Below are positions 25,113 to 35,426 of a stretch of 39,869 bases of DNA, piece after piece; positions within the stretch are counted from its first letter, which is position 1, and each line of letters starts with the position of its first letter. Below the pieces are notes generated by a model. It saw only the letters and a program-made list of their open reading frames with translations. It made no database searches and was not told where the DNA came from. Source of the stretch: a virus. Its lineage: Duplodnaviria > Caudoviricetes. The DNA lies in IMG/VR virus record IMGVR_UViG_3300043416_000063, positions 1 through 39,869 of that record; one strand, 5' to 3'. Position numbers and translations under genes: made by a program.

Positions 25113-26908
25113 CGGGAATTCATCTTCAGCAAGAGGTTTGCAATGGTTGCGTCATTCACGGGAATACCCTTTTCTTGCAGGGTCTTCTCTAGGAGTTTCC
25201 GTTGTTCCTTAGAAAGCAACGGTACTTCGGTGGTGGTAACTCGACCAGTCGTTGGGTCAACAGATTCCACAAGCTTATATGCACCACCCAATTCGCCTGG
25301 TGTCATTTGCACAATTGGCTTCTCGGTTCCACGGCCAAGACCAAATTTCCACCACGGAGCGTTGTCTAGAGTTGCAACATTGTGTAGTTCGCGGTCAATG
25401 ATTGCCTGCTTCTCTTCTTGATTAAGCGGACCCTTATTCTTTCGATCCGGCCTGCGCTGCTCTTGGTCAATGATGGTGGTGATATTTTGGCGAACACGCA
25501 ACGATGTTTCCTTGTCATCAAGAAGTCCCCACATGCCATTGTCGGACAGGGTCTTGTTGAGCTGGTCAGCATTGACCGAAGCTTCATATATTTCTTGTGG
25601 TTTGGACGCCGCAGCACGCAGCTTTACATAGGTTGCATGTGTCATATTCATGCGGTTTGCATCAACCCACGCAGGGTCAAGTGCCTTCTTAGGATCTCGC
25701 GCCAACTCTTCCATCGTTCCAATTTCGTTGGTTTCGCGTTGACCCCTAAGAAATTGCTCTTGATCCTTAGGCTTGAGGCGTCCAAATTGGACAGGCGACA
25801 TGCTTGCAACCGTGTTGCCAGGTACGGCAAGGTACTGCTCGGTGTTGTCAACAAGCGTCTTGTATTCTTGGTCAATAAGTGCGTCTTCTTGAGCAAACTG
25901 CGTGCGAACACTGCTTTGCACAAGGCGTCGCATCACGGGATCTTCGATCTGCTCGGTCTTATCAAGTGCCTCACGAAGCGTGTCAGCGGGTGCTTCGTTA
26001 TGGCTTGGCTTGTCGGGGTATGCCTTTGGGTCACTTGCTGCTGCAAGAACACCACGATTCATGATGCTATATGTCAGTTCCTCAATCGTTGTGCGCTGGC
26101 GGTTTGCGTCCACCGACGAACGCAGCGTGGTGTCAACCTTGGGGTCAACAGGGTGATTGTCAAGGAAAGCCTCCGCTTCGCCGTATTGCCGAGCGTTTAA
26201 TAGATCGTTTACGACACCAGTTGCCACTTTGTCATAAACCTTCTGCTCCATCGCCTTCAATTGTGCGCTTCCCTCGGGAATGCCATTGAGCGACGCGGCC
26301 TTGCGGACTTCATTGATTGCCGTAGCAAGGTTCGCTTTGTAAGTCGTTAAACCAATTGGGTTTCCCTTTTCATCGGTCTTATTCCTGTCCGAATAAGCCA
26401 TGATTGAAAGGTCGGAATACTGGTCTGCTCGGGCGGCAGACTCGCTTGTTGCCCATTCCTTGACTTGCCGATTGCGGTGGTCGTACATCTGACCCTGAAA
26501 GGCGTTCATGTTTCGGGCAGCTACCTGCTGAAACATCCGCTTCTGAGTGTCGTTCCCCAACCCATCCATGATCTCGCTTGCCGAAGATGACATTGCATCC
26601 TGTGCAGACTGATACTGAGTCTCGGCGTCTTTGCCGGACAGGTTCATGTAGTCAGAACGAACCTTTGACATCCGTTGAATAAGGGCTGTGTCCGCCTCTT
26701 TGGTAGCGGCATCATCAATGTCATCCTGCATCGCTGAACCAAGCTTGAACGCAGTATCCCCAGCAGCAACCATAGCCCGCCCCAGTTCCATTTGTTGGCG
26801 AGATGTGGCTTCTTCCATCGGCATGACAGGCGGAGCCTGGTAAGCCACGGACGAGCCTTCTCCGGTCATTCCAACTTGCGGTACAAACGAACTCGGTACT
26901 GTAGGCAT
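25109..26908 (-). CDS. Internal virion protein (gp15 position)
   Basis: Helical, MPTVP start, synteny. Confidence 0.75.
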   Translation of the reverse strand: MPTVPSSFVPQVGMTGEGSSVAYQAPPVMPMEEATSRQQMELGRAMVAAGDTAFKLGSAMQDDIDDAATKEADTALIQRMSKVRSDYMNLSGKDAETQYQSAQDAMSSSASEIMDGLGNDTQKRMFQQVAARNMNAFQGQMYDHRNRQVKEWATSESAARADQYSDLSIMAYSDRNKTDEKGNPIGLTTYKANLATAINEVRKAASLNGIPEGSAQLKAMEQKVYDKVATGVVNDLLNARQYGEAEAFLDNHPVDPKVDTTLRSSVDANRQRTTIEELTYSIMNRGVLAAASDPKAYPDKPSHNEAPADTLREALDKTEQIEDPVMRRLVQSSVRTQFAQEDALIDQEYKTLVDNTEQYLAVPGNTVASMSPVQFGRLKPKDQEQFLRGQRETNEIGTMEELARDPKKALDPAWVDANRMNMTHATYVKLRAAASKPQEIYEASVNADQLNKTLSDNGMWGLLDDKETSLRVRQNITTIIDQEQRRPDRKNKGPLNQEEKQAIIDRELHNVATLDNAPWWKFGLGRGTEKPIVQMTPGELGGAYKLVESVDPTTGRVTTTEVPLLSKEQRKLLEKTLQEKGIPVNDATIANLLLKMNSR

Positions 26909-26920
26909 TGTAATTCCTCG

Positions 26921-27625
26921 TCAGATTCGCTTGGTTGACACGCCGCCAAGTAGTTCTTCAAGTCGGCGATTGCGCGCCCAGGTGGAGCCAATGTCGGCTG
27001 CACTCCCAAGCAGGCTAGTAGACATACTCAAACCGGGATAAATCGTTCCTGCCGTGGATGACAGATTTTGAGCAGACAGATCAGACATTGTTGCTTGCGT
27101 CAGATAGTTGGTGCGTTGGGTCCGGGCTGCTTCCGCCTGTCGAACAGTGTTGGCGTTGATTGTCAACTTGTCGATCTCTTTGATGAGATCCATACTGCCA
27201 ATGATCTCGCCCGCGCTACCGACTCCACCACGAATCCCACGCGCCGCCAATGAGGCAACCGCAGAGGAACGCGCCTGTCCCGCCTGCATTGTGTATCGCC
27301 CGGACTGCTCTTGACCAGCTTGAGTGATCTGCCCTGCCGTGAACTCCGCACCACGGGCGTTGATACGCGACATGTTTGCTTGGAACTTTTGGTTCTGAGC
27401 CTGCATCTTCAGTTGGTTCTTTTGACTTTCGGCTGAGAAGTACGCGCCGATAGCACTGTTGACCGCACCAAAGATGCTGACGATTGGACCTGCGACCGTG
27501 AACGCCTCGGCCATGCTTGACGAGAACGACGGGGTTGCCGTTCCTGCGCCGACCGCATAAGACTGACCCGTCAACAAGGTTGGTCCGGCTGCGCTAGTTG
27601 AGAATGGGACATTGACTACTGCCAT
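26921..27625 (-). CDS. Internal virion protein (gp14-like)
   Basis: A/Q/G-rich with LAARGI..GVGSA motif. Synteny. Confidence 0.75.
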   Translation of the reverse strand: MAVVNVPFSTSAAGPTLLTGQSYAVGAGTATPSFSSSMAEAFTVAGPIVSIFGAVNSAIGAYFSAESQKNQLKMQAQNQKFQANMSRINARGAEFTAGQITQAGQEQSGRYTMQAGQARSSAVASLAARGIRGGVGSAGEIIGSMDLIKEIDKLTINANTVRQAEAARTQRTNYLTQATMSDLSAQNLSSTAGTIYPGLSMSTSLLGSAADIGSTWARNRRLEELLGGVSTKRI

Positions 27626-27627
27626 GA

Positions 27628-30363
27628 TTAGCCTCCGATACTGACTTCAAGGGTCATTCCTGACAACGTCAACGGCAACGGGTCGGACTGGCGAATGTAG
27701 ACCTGCCCACTTGCACCCCACGATGGGGTCAACACAACCAATACCTCTTCCGACTTCAACGCCGGCGGATTTCCGTACAACTCAGTTGTTCGCTGCTTGT
27801 ACTCAACAAGGGTGTCGGGGTCCGGACCAACAAAGATGCCTGATGACTTGTACACACGCAGCCATGCTTTGTTGACGTTCTTTGCTCGGCCTTGTCCAAA
27901 GCCATCAACATTCAGGGTCATTGGCAACGTCTGAAGATCGCTTTGGTACGGCAGTCCGACAATGATCTTGGTCGCAGCTCGTTGCAAGGTAATCACGCCG
28001 GCAGTCACTACCTGCTGCGGAACTACTGCGCCGTCTGCAAGGATGCTGACCGTCTTACCTTCAAGGTGCGACAGACCACCAAAATCTTTACGCGCCCATG
28101 AAAACCCGGAAATTGATACGTTGCGAAGTGAAACAGGAAGAGTCCTGTCAATTCGCGCCGTTGCTACCAAGGTAGAAGAAGTTGCAATGATTGTCAGTCG
28201 ATATTTGTTACCAAGAGAATCAGTAACAACAAGGCAATCGCCTGCATCTGTTTGCGCTGGATATGCAAATACCGTAGTTGGACCGGCCGCAACTAATGTA
28301 AGGGTAAGGATCTCAGACGAATCCCATACTGTTCCCCCCGAGATCGTTAAATTAGCACCAACGCCAACTGTGCCAGTGCCATTATATGTCAATGCGCTGT
28401 CAACAAAGATGCAGTCTTCAATTGCTGCTACTTGTCGTGATGCAAGACGCTCAACATATCGCTTGATAACACCATTAATAGTTCGTTTGACAATGACATA
28501 CACACTGTCTTCGTCACCCTCGGCTACTGCTGTGCAACTCTCAAATACCCCATCAGTGTCGTGCCAATGCCATGCGCCGATTTGCTGCTCGGGAACATAT
28601 GTCAGTCCAAGCATATTCCCACTGTTTGAAATGAACCACAAGATCGGTTGCGGACTTTTGGCGTAGCACATATCTGACAGGGTTAGGTTGTCAAACAAGT
28701 GCGTTGCACGAAGGCTTAGGTCGCCCGTAATGAAGCCTTGAGATTGCCAGGAATACCCAAGTTCGCGGACATGGCCTCCACGGTCAGCGCAATATACAAC
28801 CACATTGTTGACCACCTCAGGCTGCACGTTGTTTGCGCCAAGGTATGACTGTGGTCGAACAGAGATTGTGCTTGGGGTAATGACATCGCTGTTGATCGGA
28901 CTGACACGCAGTTCAGAACTGTTGGTCAACATCAACATTTGCGTCAACGGGACAATATGGCGAATAGTCGAAGCCTCGCGCACGGCAACTTCAATCTTAA
29001 TTCTGTCATCATCACGCACCGGAATTGAGTACGACATGTCAGACTCTGTGCCTGAACGTGTCATCCACAAAGTTTGTGGTTCGTTTATTGATCCACCAAA
29101 CGCCTTGCGCTGCTCAAAGTATGAGACTGCTCCTGGATAATTCCCAGCACTTGCAAACACCGTGTCGTAGATGGCCGGAGTAATAGCCAGATCAGGCGCA
29201 ATGTTGTCATCCACAAACGATGTCGTGGTTGATTGACCAATGAAGCCATATAAACTGTTCTGTTGTTTGTAGACGTTGTATCGAGTTGCGCCCGTAACCG
29301 ATGCCCATGCAATGGTGTTGTATGCACCTTGGACGTTGAGGTTGTTTGTTCCGCTTGCGGGCGTACTTGCCGCGCTCATTTGCTGACTGTCTCCACTCAA
29401 CGCAACTACAACATACGAATTGGTAAGGACAGCTGTTGGAACCATTGCTTGCACAAGGCCACCACTTGTGTATGCGGTGTATCCAGTAGTATCAATTGGA
29501 AGCGCGGTTTTGTAATCAACTAACTTAAAGGTAGTTGTTGACGTTCCGGAAAAGCCATCAAGGATGTAATACTTGTCATTGACTTCCGTCATGCCAACAA
29601 CACCACTGATATATATTGAATCGCCTTGAGTTAATTGCTTGTTCTTGACATCGTTGACTGCCGTAAATTCGCCTTGAGCAGCTTTGGTAATGGCGTTTAG
29701 ATTCACACCCGTACCACGATTGACCGTAACCGCTACTGATCCTGGAGTTGTTAATGACGCTCCAAATACAGTTGTCGCCAATTGCCAATTAGCGGCTGCG
29801 TATCGTCGCAGTTCTCTTGGCGCGTAGTTTGGATGAACTAACGTCATAACGTCAGCAGATTGAACGTAATGAATGTCAAACAGATCAGCTTCCGCATATG
29901 GAGTCGCAATCTGATAAATACCGTTAGGAAGCGGATACCAATATGTTGGTTCGCTTACGGGCGTTTTGTTGACATTTGCTTGAATGCATTGGTAACTAAT
30001 TACACCTTGAGTAACAAGTGCGCCAAGTGCATAATTTGTAAAGTTGTTCCAGTTTGCCGGTGTTCCGTAATCAAGCGTTGCGCCATTGGTGTGGAACCGA
30101 ACGTAATACTCGCCAAACTCAAGCACCATTGTCTGAGTAGTGCTGTAGGTAAATGGGATCAGGCGCGTGCGCTTGGTGCTGTCCTTGACTTCACGCACAA
30201 AGGTCGTACCAGGTCGATTGTCGGCCGCGCCCTGTGGCATGGCAATGAAGTTTCGCATCTTGGCTACGCCAGTCTGAAACTTCGTGTCATCAATACGACC
30301 ATACATGTCCGGGGAAATCTCCCCGCCGGCAAAGGATCGGCTATAGGTGCGAGTGTTTGCCAT
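27628..30363 (-). CDS. Tail tubular protein B / nozzle
   Basis: SFAGGEISP...RLIPFTYS...VQSADV...YPGAVSYFEQR...QSDPLPLT. Carries a CBM5/12-like insert and a second insert. Confidence 0.92.
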   Translation of the reverse strand: MANTRTYSRSFAGGEISPDMYGRIDDTKFQTGVAKMRNFIAMPQGAADNRPGTTFVREVKDSTKRTRLIPFTYSTTQTMVLEFGEYYVRFHTNGATLDYGTPANWNNFTNYALGALVTQGVISYQCIQANVNKTPVSEPTYWYPLPNGIYQIATPYAEADLFDIHYVQSADVMTLVHPNYAPRELRRYAAANWQLATTVFGASLTTPGSVAVTVNRGTGVNLNAITKAAQGEFTAVNDVKNKQLTQGDSIYISGVVGMTEVNDKYYILDGFSGTSTTTFKLVDYKTALPIDTTGYTAYTSGGLVQAMVPTAVLTNSYVVVALSGDSQQMSAASTPASGTNNLNVQGAYNTIAWASVTGATRYNVYKQQNSLYGFIGQSTTTSFVDDNIAPDLAITPAIYDTVFASAGNYPGAVSYFEQRKAFGGSINEPQTLWMTRSGTESDMSYSIPVRDDDRIKIEVAVREASTIRHIVPLTQMLMLTNSSELRVSPINSDVITPSTISVRPQSYLGANNVQPEVVNNVVVYCADRGGHVRELGYSWQSQGFITGDLSLRATHLFDNLTLSDMCYAKSPQPILWFISNSGNMLGLTYVPEQQIGAWHWHDTDGVFESCTAVAEGDEDSVYVIVKRTINGVIKRYVERLASRQVAAIEDCIFVDSALTYNGTGTVGVGANLTISGGTVWDSSEILTLTLVAAGPTTVFAYPAQTDAGDCLVVTDSLGNKYRLTIIATSSTLVATARIDRTLPVSLRNVSISGFSWARKDFGGLSHLEGKTVSILADGAVVPQQVVTAGVITLQRAATKIIVGLPYQSDLQTLPMTLNVDGFGQGRAKNVNKAWLRVYKSSGIFVGPDPDTLVEYKQRTTELYGNPPALKSEEVLVVLTPSWGASGQVYIRQSDPLPLTLSGMTLEVSIGG

Positions 30364-30366
30364 TGA

Positions 30367-31047
30367 TTACCTTCCCGAGATCCAAGGGGTCACAATGTCA
30401 GGCTTTGAGTTGCGCTGATTAGAGTCAGACGCAGTCGCACGCTGCAAGTAAACTGCCATCATCTGAGACAAACGCTTGGCTTCAGCCGCGCCTGTTTCGC
30501 CCTTGATGATTGGACCTGCCAGCATTGAGGCAAGGTGGTACGAAAGCGTCATTACAAACAAAGGAGAGAATTGCGTTGGGTCTGTGATGTGCGCCGTGTA
30601 GCGCAAGACCGCGTTCTCTTGGTTTGTGTACAAGACCTGCGTCCCGTTTGACAACGTCTCAAGCGTGTATGGCTGCGGCGAATACCTGCCGGCAGCAATC
30701 ATTGGCGAGTAGTTGTGGGCGAAATTCGGGGTATCAGTCGGCGAGAACTTTGTTGAATAGTCATCAGCCGCATCAGATGGGAGGATCGAAATGATGTTGT
30801 TTGCGTCGCTGGGTACAGCGTAGGCGTACAACCACTCCGGCCACTCGCTCGTCAATGCAGCAAGAACCACGCGTCGCATGGTGAAGTTCCAATAGTGCAT
30901 CTCAAGCAGGCTGTCCACCGCAATGGGGTAGAACCTGGAGCAATGCTCCGCCTGTGCTGACCCTTCAGGTGGGTCAATGCTTGACACCGATGCCGTGTCA
31001 CCAATGTGCGAAAGAGCGAGGTTACAAATCGTTACTGCCGATGCCAT
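30367..31047 (-). CDS. Tail tubular protein A / adaptor
   Basis: ICNLALSHIG...LLEMHYWNF...WLYAYAVPSD. Confidence 0.9.
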   Translation of the reverse strand: MASAVTICNLALSHIGDTASVSSIDPPEGSAQAEHCSRFYPIAVDSLLEMHYWNFTMRRVVLAALTSEWPEWLYAYAVPSDANNIISILPSDAADDYSTKFSPTDTPNFAHNYSPMIAAGRYSPQPYTLETLSNGTQVLYTNQENAVLRYTAHITDPTQFSPLFVMTLSYHLASMLAGPIIKGETGAAEAKRLSQMMAVYLQRATASDSNQRNSKPDIVTPWISGR

Positions 31048-31058
31048 TTCAACCTCCT

Positions 31059-31099
31059 AGTGAAATGAGGGGAGCCGTGGTTTCCCAACGGCTCCCCTC
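31059..31099 (-). terminator. Terminator/attenuator hairpin after the capsid genes
   Basis: Perfect 12-bp stem GAGGGGAGCCGT/ACGGCTCCCCTC with a weak U tail (AUUUCACU). Confidence 0.75.
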
Positions 31100-31121
31100 T
31101 ATGCGCTTCACTTCATGAGAA

Positions 31122-31340
31122 TCATGCTCCGTCCGAGTTCGTTCCCTTGGTCATCTTTGGACGCCCGAGCTTTCGCACAGGTGCTTCAATGACCGCAGTC
31201 TTTGCTTCGCTTACTGCGGGTTGCCAAGAACCGTCGATGGGTTCGACGTTGGTGTTCCGTGGTCCGTTGTAGCTGAAGACTTCGCCTTCCTCGCGGAGAG
31301 CATTGTCGATGAAAGACTTCTTTAGAACTCGTACTTGCAT
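31122..31340 (-). CDS. Small capsid-operon protein
   Basis: VLKKSFIDNALREEGEVF pattern. Position after the cement gene. Confidence 0.75.
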   Translation of the reverse strand: MQVRVLKKSFIDNALREEGEVFSYNGPRNTNVEPIDGSWQPAVSEAKTAVIEAPVRKLGRPKMTKGTNSDGA

Positions 31341-31359
31341 GTGTTTATTCCCAGTCTAA

Positions 31360-31854
31360 TTAGGCAACCACGAAACCGCTGCCGTAGAACTTCTTGCTGT
31401 CAGCGATGTCGGTGACGATGTCGCCGAAGATTGCACCAACGGTTGAGGTTCCAGTCATTACTGCGTCAGCAGTAAGATAACGCTGTCCAACTCCAATGAC
31501 CGGATTGATTCGGACATAGAGCTGTGCGCCAGCGATGAGGCTAGCAACGGGAATTGCACCGCTCGTACCAACCACAATACGTCCGGTCGTGCCGGTATCG
31601 GTTGCGGTAAATACGTTGAAGGTGCAAGACGTACCACCAGTAAATGCGGTGGCTACGGTGATGGCAAGATACAAATCTTGACCTTCGCCGATATCACGGG
31701 TTTGGGTGGTGGTGGTTCCGCCGCTGACGGTAGTGCCGGATCGCAGGTCAATAGTAAACGTAGCGTTTACCGTAGTTGCCGCGCTGTACACATCTTGTGC
31801 AACGGTTGTGTCAGACGAATTTGCGAATAGTCGCAGGTTCTTGTCAGAAATCAT
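31360..31854 (-). CDS. Capsid cement/decoration protein (Bbp16-like)
   Basis: MISDKNL...IDL...DIGEGQDLYL...AIPVASLIAG...RYL, immediately after the major capsid gene. Confidence 0.85.
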   Translation of the reverse strand: MISDKNLRLFANSSDTTVAQDVYSAATTVNATFTIDLRSGTTVSGGTTTTQTRDIGEGQDLYLAITVATAFTGGTSCTFNVFTATDTGTTGRIVVGTSGAIPVASLIAGAQLYVRINPVIGVGQRYLTADAVMTGTSTVGAIFGDIVTDIADSKKFYGSGFVVA

Positions 31855-31885
31855 TTGAGAGTTTCCTTTCTTAAATCAGTGACTA

Positions 31886-32911
31886 TTAGGTCGTGAGTGC
31901 TTCGGAGTTCAGGATTGCGTCAACGCGGCGCAGAGGGACTCCGAGGAACGACAGCCACGAATATGGCACGCCGAACTGTGAGAGGCCTTCGTTGACCTTG
32001 AGGACGTACTGACTCTTATCAAGCGCAGCAATCGACAAACCACTGTGGGTGGTACGGTTCATGTAGAAGCAAGCGCGACCCATCGCCATATTTGGGATGC
32101 GGTAGAGAGCGCGTGCCATCAGCTTGATAAGAGCGGTCGAAGCACTTGAAGACTGCGAACCAGTCTGACCGACCAAATCGCTGACGTCAATGTTGGAGAT
32201 ACGGACAACGTAACGCCAATCCTTCACGACAAGACCGTTCTTCCACTGGTAACGAGTGGCATACGCTTGAAGACGCGTGCCATCGCTGTTGTAGACGGTC
32301 TGTTCGCCAAGATCCTCATGGATCAGGCCTGCCTTAGAACCCTTAGGGAACGGGCAGTACACGGTCTGGTCGCCCCAAACAACGAGGTACACGGAGGTGT
32401 TGTCGCTGCCGGAACCACCAGCAGGAAGGACGTTCTGACCGTTGCCCGTGGTTCCCGTGACAGAGTAACGCGGGGCAAGGCCGAGGAACTGCTTGGCATC
32501 GGTAGCAGGGTTGCCGTAGAACAGGGTCGAAGCCTGGGTTTGATTCATTGCTTCAAGGAACGCGGTGTCTTCGGACAGACGGAACTGAGCCGTGTTGCCG
32601 TTGAGCATTGCAAGATCCTTGTCAACTTCAGAACGTGCCTCAAGGATGCCGCATGCCTCGTCAACTTGTGCGGTCGTTGACTTGGTGGACGGGATACCTT
32701 GGTTCAATGCACGCCAGTACACAACAGGAAGACCTGTACGAATAACGACGCGGTCGCCGGTTGGCAGATTGCCTTCCTTAAACACGCAGTCTTCGAGGAC
32801 TTCGTTGGATTGCGAGAGGAGTTCAGCGATGACCGGAACGCGGCCATCCGGATCAGTGCGCTTCGCCCAATCGGCGAGGGTCAGATTGGAAGTAGTAATT
32901 GCTGTTGCCAT
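31886..32911 (-). CDS. Major capsid protein (BPP-1 Bbp17-like)
   Basis: LTLADWAKR.DP...EGNLPTG...RTGLP...DWRYVVRISNID...FLGVPLRRVDAILNSEA. Confidence 0.93.
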   Translation of the reverse strand: MATAITTSNLTLADWAKRTDPDGRVPVIAELLSQSNEVLEDCVFKEGNLPTGDRVVIRTGLPVVYWRALNQGIPSTKSTTAQVDEACGILEARSEVDKDLAMLNGNTAQFRLSEDTAFLEAMNQTQASTLFYGNPATDAKQFLGLAPRYSVTGTTGNGQNVLPAGGSGSDNTSVYLVVWGDQTVYCPFPKGSKAGLIHEDLGEQTVYNSDGTRLQAYATRYQWKNGLVVKDWRYVVRISNIDVSDLVGQTGSQSSSASTALIKLMARALYRIPNMAMGRACFYMNRTTHSGLSIAALDKSQYVLKVNEGLSQFGVPYSWLSFLGVPLRRVDAILNSEALTT

Positions 32912-32933
32912 TGTAGGCCTTTCTTAAAGAGAT

Positions 32934-33611
32934 TCAAGACTGATTGGAATAGAGGGCTGCTGCTGCGCCGGCAAAGTCCATTGGTCCGTTTGAACGTGCG
33001 TTCGATGAACCCGTAGATGACCCGACGTAACGATCCTCACTAATTGCCTTCCCCGCCCTGTACATAAACCGGATCACTTCCGGATGATTGCCTAGGCCGG
33101 AGTCGTTAAGCAACGAGCGCAGTTCAGCCGTTCCGAAAGTATCAAGTGCTTTCTTAGCGACTGAAAGGTTCTCGGTGATTTTGTCACCACCGAACTCCTT
33201 GTCAGACTTTGACGATTCCGCCCACTGGGAGCGGACCGACTCAATCTGTGCTGCTTGCTGCGTGCCGAGCTTGTCGGACATCGCCGTAAGCATCTTCTGT
33301 GCAGCGTCTTGGGTCAGGTTCAATTCCTTTGCAACCTCCGAGAACGTCTTAATCGTCTCGGCGTCGAGTTGTTTACCCTCAGGGGCTTTGAACTCGTACT
33401 TCTCCGGCGCACCTTCCGGTTTCGCCTGCTCGGTTGCCTCGGGCTTGACAGTATTGGTCGGCTCCGCGACTTGCTGTTCCTGCGCCTTTGATGCCTGTTG
33501 CTGTCCCCCATAAAGCACATCGGCCGTCGCCTTTGGACTATTCGGGGCTTCAGACGATGGAATGCCTTCAGGTGTCGTTTGGGCTGTTTCCATCATCGTT
33601 GGTTCGCTCAT
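32934..33611 (-). CDS. Capsid scaffolding protein
   Basis: APEKYEF...AKELNLTQDAAQK...DKEFGG...GLGNHPEVIR...ISED. Confidence 0.85.
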   Translation of the reverse strand: MSEPTMMETAQTTPEGIPSSEAPNSPKATADVLYGGQQQASKAQEQQVAEPTNTVKPEATEQAKPEGAPEKYEFKAPEGKQLDAETIKTFSEVAKELNLTQDAAQKMLTAMSDKLGTQQAAQIESVRSQWAESSKSDKEFGGDKITENLSVAKKALDTFGTAELRSLLNDSGLGNHPEVIRFMYRAGKAISEDRYVGSSTGSSNARSNGPMDFAGAAAALYSNQS

Positions 33612-33915
33612 TGGTTTGTTCCTTTGTCATGGTTGGGTACAACTCTGGGCAGAGAGTGTGGACTTGTGAAAGAACGCGTAATCCGTAATTCCTGTTTCCT
33701 TCGGCGAATGACATGGTCATTGCGTTGGTATTGAAAGACGAACGAAACACTCCTGCTTGGTCCAGTAGTCGCCATACGATCCGGCGACCTCGCTTGCTGC
33801 TCATCAACCATCGAATGTCTGACTCTTCGCTATCGCGGTCTAGCTTAATACGCAGGGCATTATTTGCCTGAATGCGCTCTAGACCTCGAGTATCGAACGG
33901 GTCGTGTGTACTCAT
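33568..33915 (-). CDS. Bbp19-like head-module protein
   Basis: DIRWLMSSKRGRRIVWRLL...FAEGNRNYGL. Confidence 0.85.
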   Translation of the reverse strand: MSTHDPFDTRGLERIQANNALRIKLDRDSEESDIRWLMSSKRGRRIVWRLLDQAGVFRSSFNTNAMTMSFAEGNRNYGLRVLSQVHTLCPELYPTMTKEQTNERTNDDGNSPNDT

Positions 33916-33921
33916 CGGTGG

Positions 33922-33954
33922 AATCTATCGACTCGCATAATGCCTATGGGTCCC
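33922..33954 (-). promoter_or_regulatory. Putative late promoter 2 (leaderless)
   Basis: GGGACCCATA-N17-TAGATT-N6-ATG. Confidence 0.8.
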
Positions 33955-33955
33955 A

Positions 33956-34981
33956 TTAAACGACTGTGAGTTGGTATCCCTCAAGGGTCACCACGTTGTT
34001 GGCGGTAGCAATCGTTGCTTTAATGACAAAGGTTTGATCCGTCGAATACGCAACGGTGTATTCCTGATACGCAGATGAGGAAGTGCCATGACCCGTAGTA
34101 GCGGCCGGACCCGTAACAATCTTTCCAGCTCCACGCGCCCAAGCAATCTTGTTCACGTTGGCAGTCAAAGTCGTAGTCAAATTGCCGCTGTTGTACAGGT
34201 CGTTTCCTGCATACTCAATTTCTAGAACCTTGTTGACAGCCGCGCTTGTCATACTGAACAAGGTGTTGGCTTCCATGCTTCCTGTCAAAGTAAGCAGGCC
34301 ACCCTCAACCGTAATTGATGCCAAAGTAATCGTTTCTGTTGCTGCTTTAACTGCTGCTGTTCCGTACCACAAGATGCAGGTATGAGTACCCGTACCAGTG
34401 TCGGTCAATTCAATTGGCGCACCACCGGAACTAGCCGAAATTGTAAACTTGTTTACGTCTACAACTTTGCTGACGTAATAAGTTGTTCCTGTTGCTAGTG
34501 GGGCTGGCAAGGTTGTAGTCGTGGTAAACCGGATTGCATCACCAGCAACGCGGCCGTGCGCCGTGTAATTGATAATGCTTGGAATGCCGGCAGCGTTTAC
34601 CGTTGCGGTTACCGTGCTTGACACATACGGAAGGTTGATTGTCAACTTGGTTCCGGACGTATCGGTATCAATGACTGTCACCGGAAATACACCGCTCACA
34701 CCATTACCGCCCGTCCAAGTAACATATACCCCGGTGTTAATTGCTGGCGTAATAACAACAGTCGTAGTCAATCCGTGTGCGCCCGTGCCGTTTAATCGCA
34801 CGTTGCCGCTGTTAGAGTCATAACTAGTCACTGTGCTAAAGGTAGAAGCGACCGGAACAACGCTTACGGGATTGAAACTAGTGTACGACTTGGCAACAAA
34901 CCGCTGTCCTGTTACTCCGACAATGGCATTGTTTTCGTCGTAGACAAACGGGCTGTTTGAATATTTGTTAATAAGTGGCAT
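33956..34981 (-). CDS. Thr/Gly-rich virion fibre/decoration-like protein
   Basis: AHGRVAGDAIRF...LPAPLATGTTYYV...FTIS...GGAPIELT beta module typical of phage fibres. Confidence 0.7.
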   Translation of the reverse strand: MPLINKYSNSPFVYDENNAIVGVTGQRFVAKSYTSFNPVSVVPVASTFSTVTSYDSNSGNVRLNGTGAHGLTTTVVITPAINTGVYVTWTGGNGVSGVFPVTVIDTDTSGTKLTINLPYVSSTVTATVNAAGIPSIINYTAHGRVAGDAIRFTTTTTLPAPLATGTTYYVSKVVDVNKFTISASSGGAPIELTDTGTGTHTCILWYGTAAVKAATETITLASITVEGGLLTLTGSMEANTLFSMTSAAVNKVLEIEYAGNDLYNSGNLTTTLTANVNKIAWARGAGKIVTGPAATTGHGTSSSAYQEYTVAYSTDQTFVIKATIATANNVVTLEGYQLTVV

Positions 34982-34999
34982 GTGTTGTTCCTTTGTGCT

Positions 35000-35422
35000 T
35001 TAGGCAAGCCGGGTGAGTTTGTAGAGGGTTGTAGAGATCAACGTGCAAATGGCGTCAACCTCGTTTTGAATGTGGCTTTCGGTTCCCATGACCATTCGGT
35101 CAGATTCAAGGTAGTCGTATACCTTCTGAACTTCGGCAAGTGGGGTAGCTGCAAGTTCAAACGAGCCGGAAGTGAACTTCAACTTCTCGCCCGTGCAACC
35201 CATCCAAGCTTCCGACAAACCATCAACGGCTTCGCGGAGTGGCTCGTAAACGCCAAGCGCGTTGTGCGCTGCGAAACTGCCTGGTCCATCAACCATCAAG
35301 TGGTGCATGTGGATGGCGTTCGCGCAGTGCATCAGGCGCGATACAAACGCGGATGCTCCTGCTGAATCGCCCTTTGATTCCGTGCCGTAAAGAAGGGTAG
35401 ACGCCTTTGTCATATGTGCCAT
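35000..35422 (-). CDS. Dps/ferritin-like protein (DUF5856-like)
   Basis: HMHHL...GSFAAHNALG.Y..L...VDGLSE...IQNEVD.I..LI..TLYKL. Confidence 0.75.
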   Translation of the reverse strand: MAHMTKASTLLYGTESKGDSAGASAFVSRLMHCANAIHMHHLMVDGPGSFAAHNALGVYEPLREAVDGLSEAWMGCTGEKLKFTSGSFELAATPLAEVQKVYDYLESDRMVMGTESHIQNEVDAICTLISTTLYKLTRLA

Positions 35423-35426
35423 AGTG

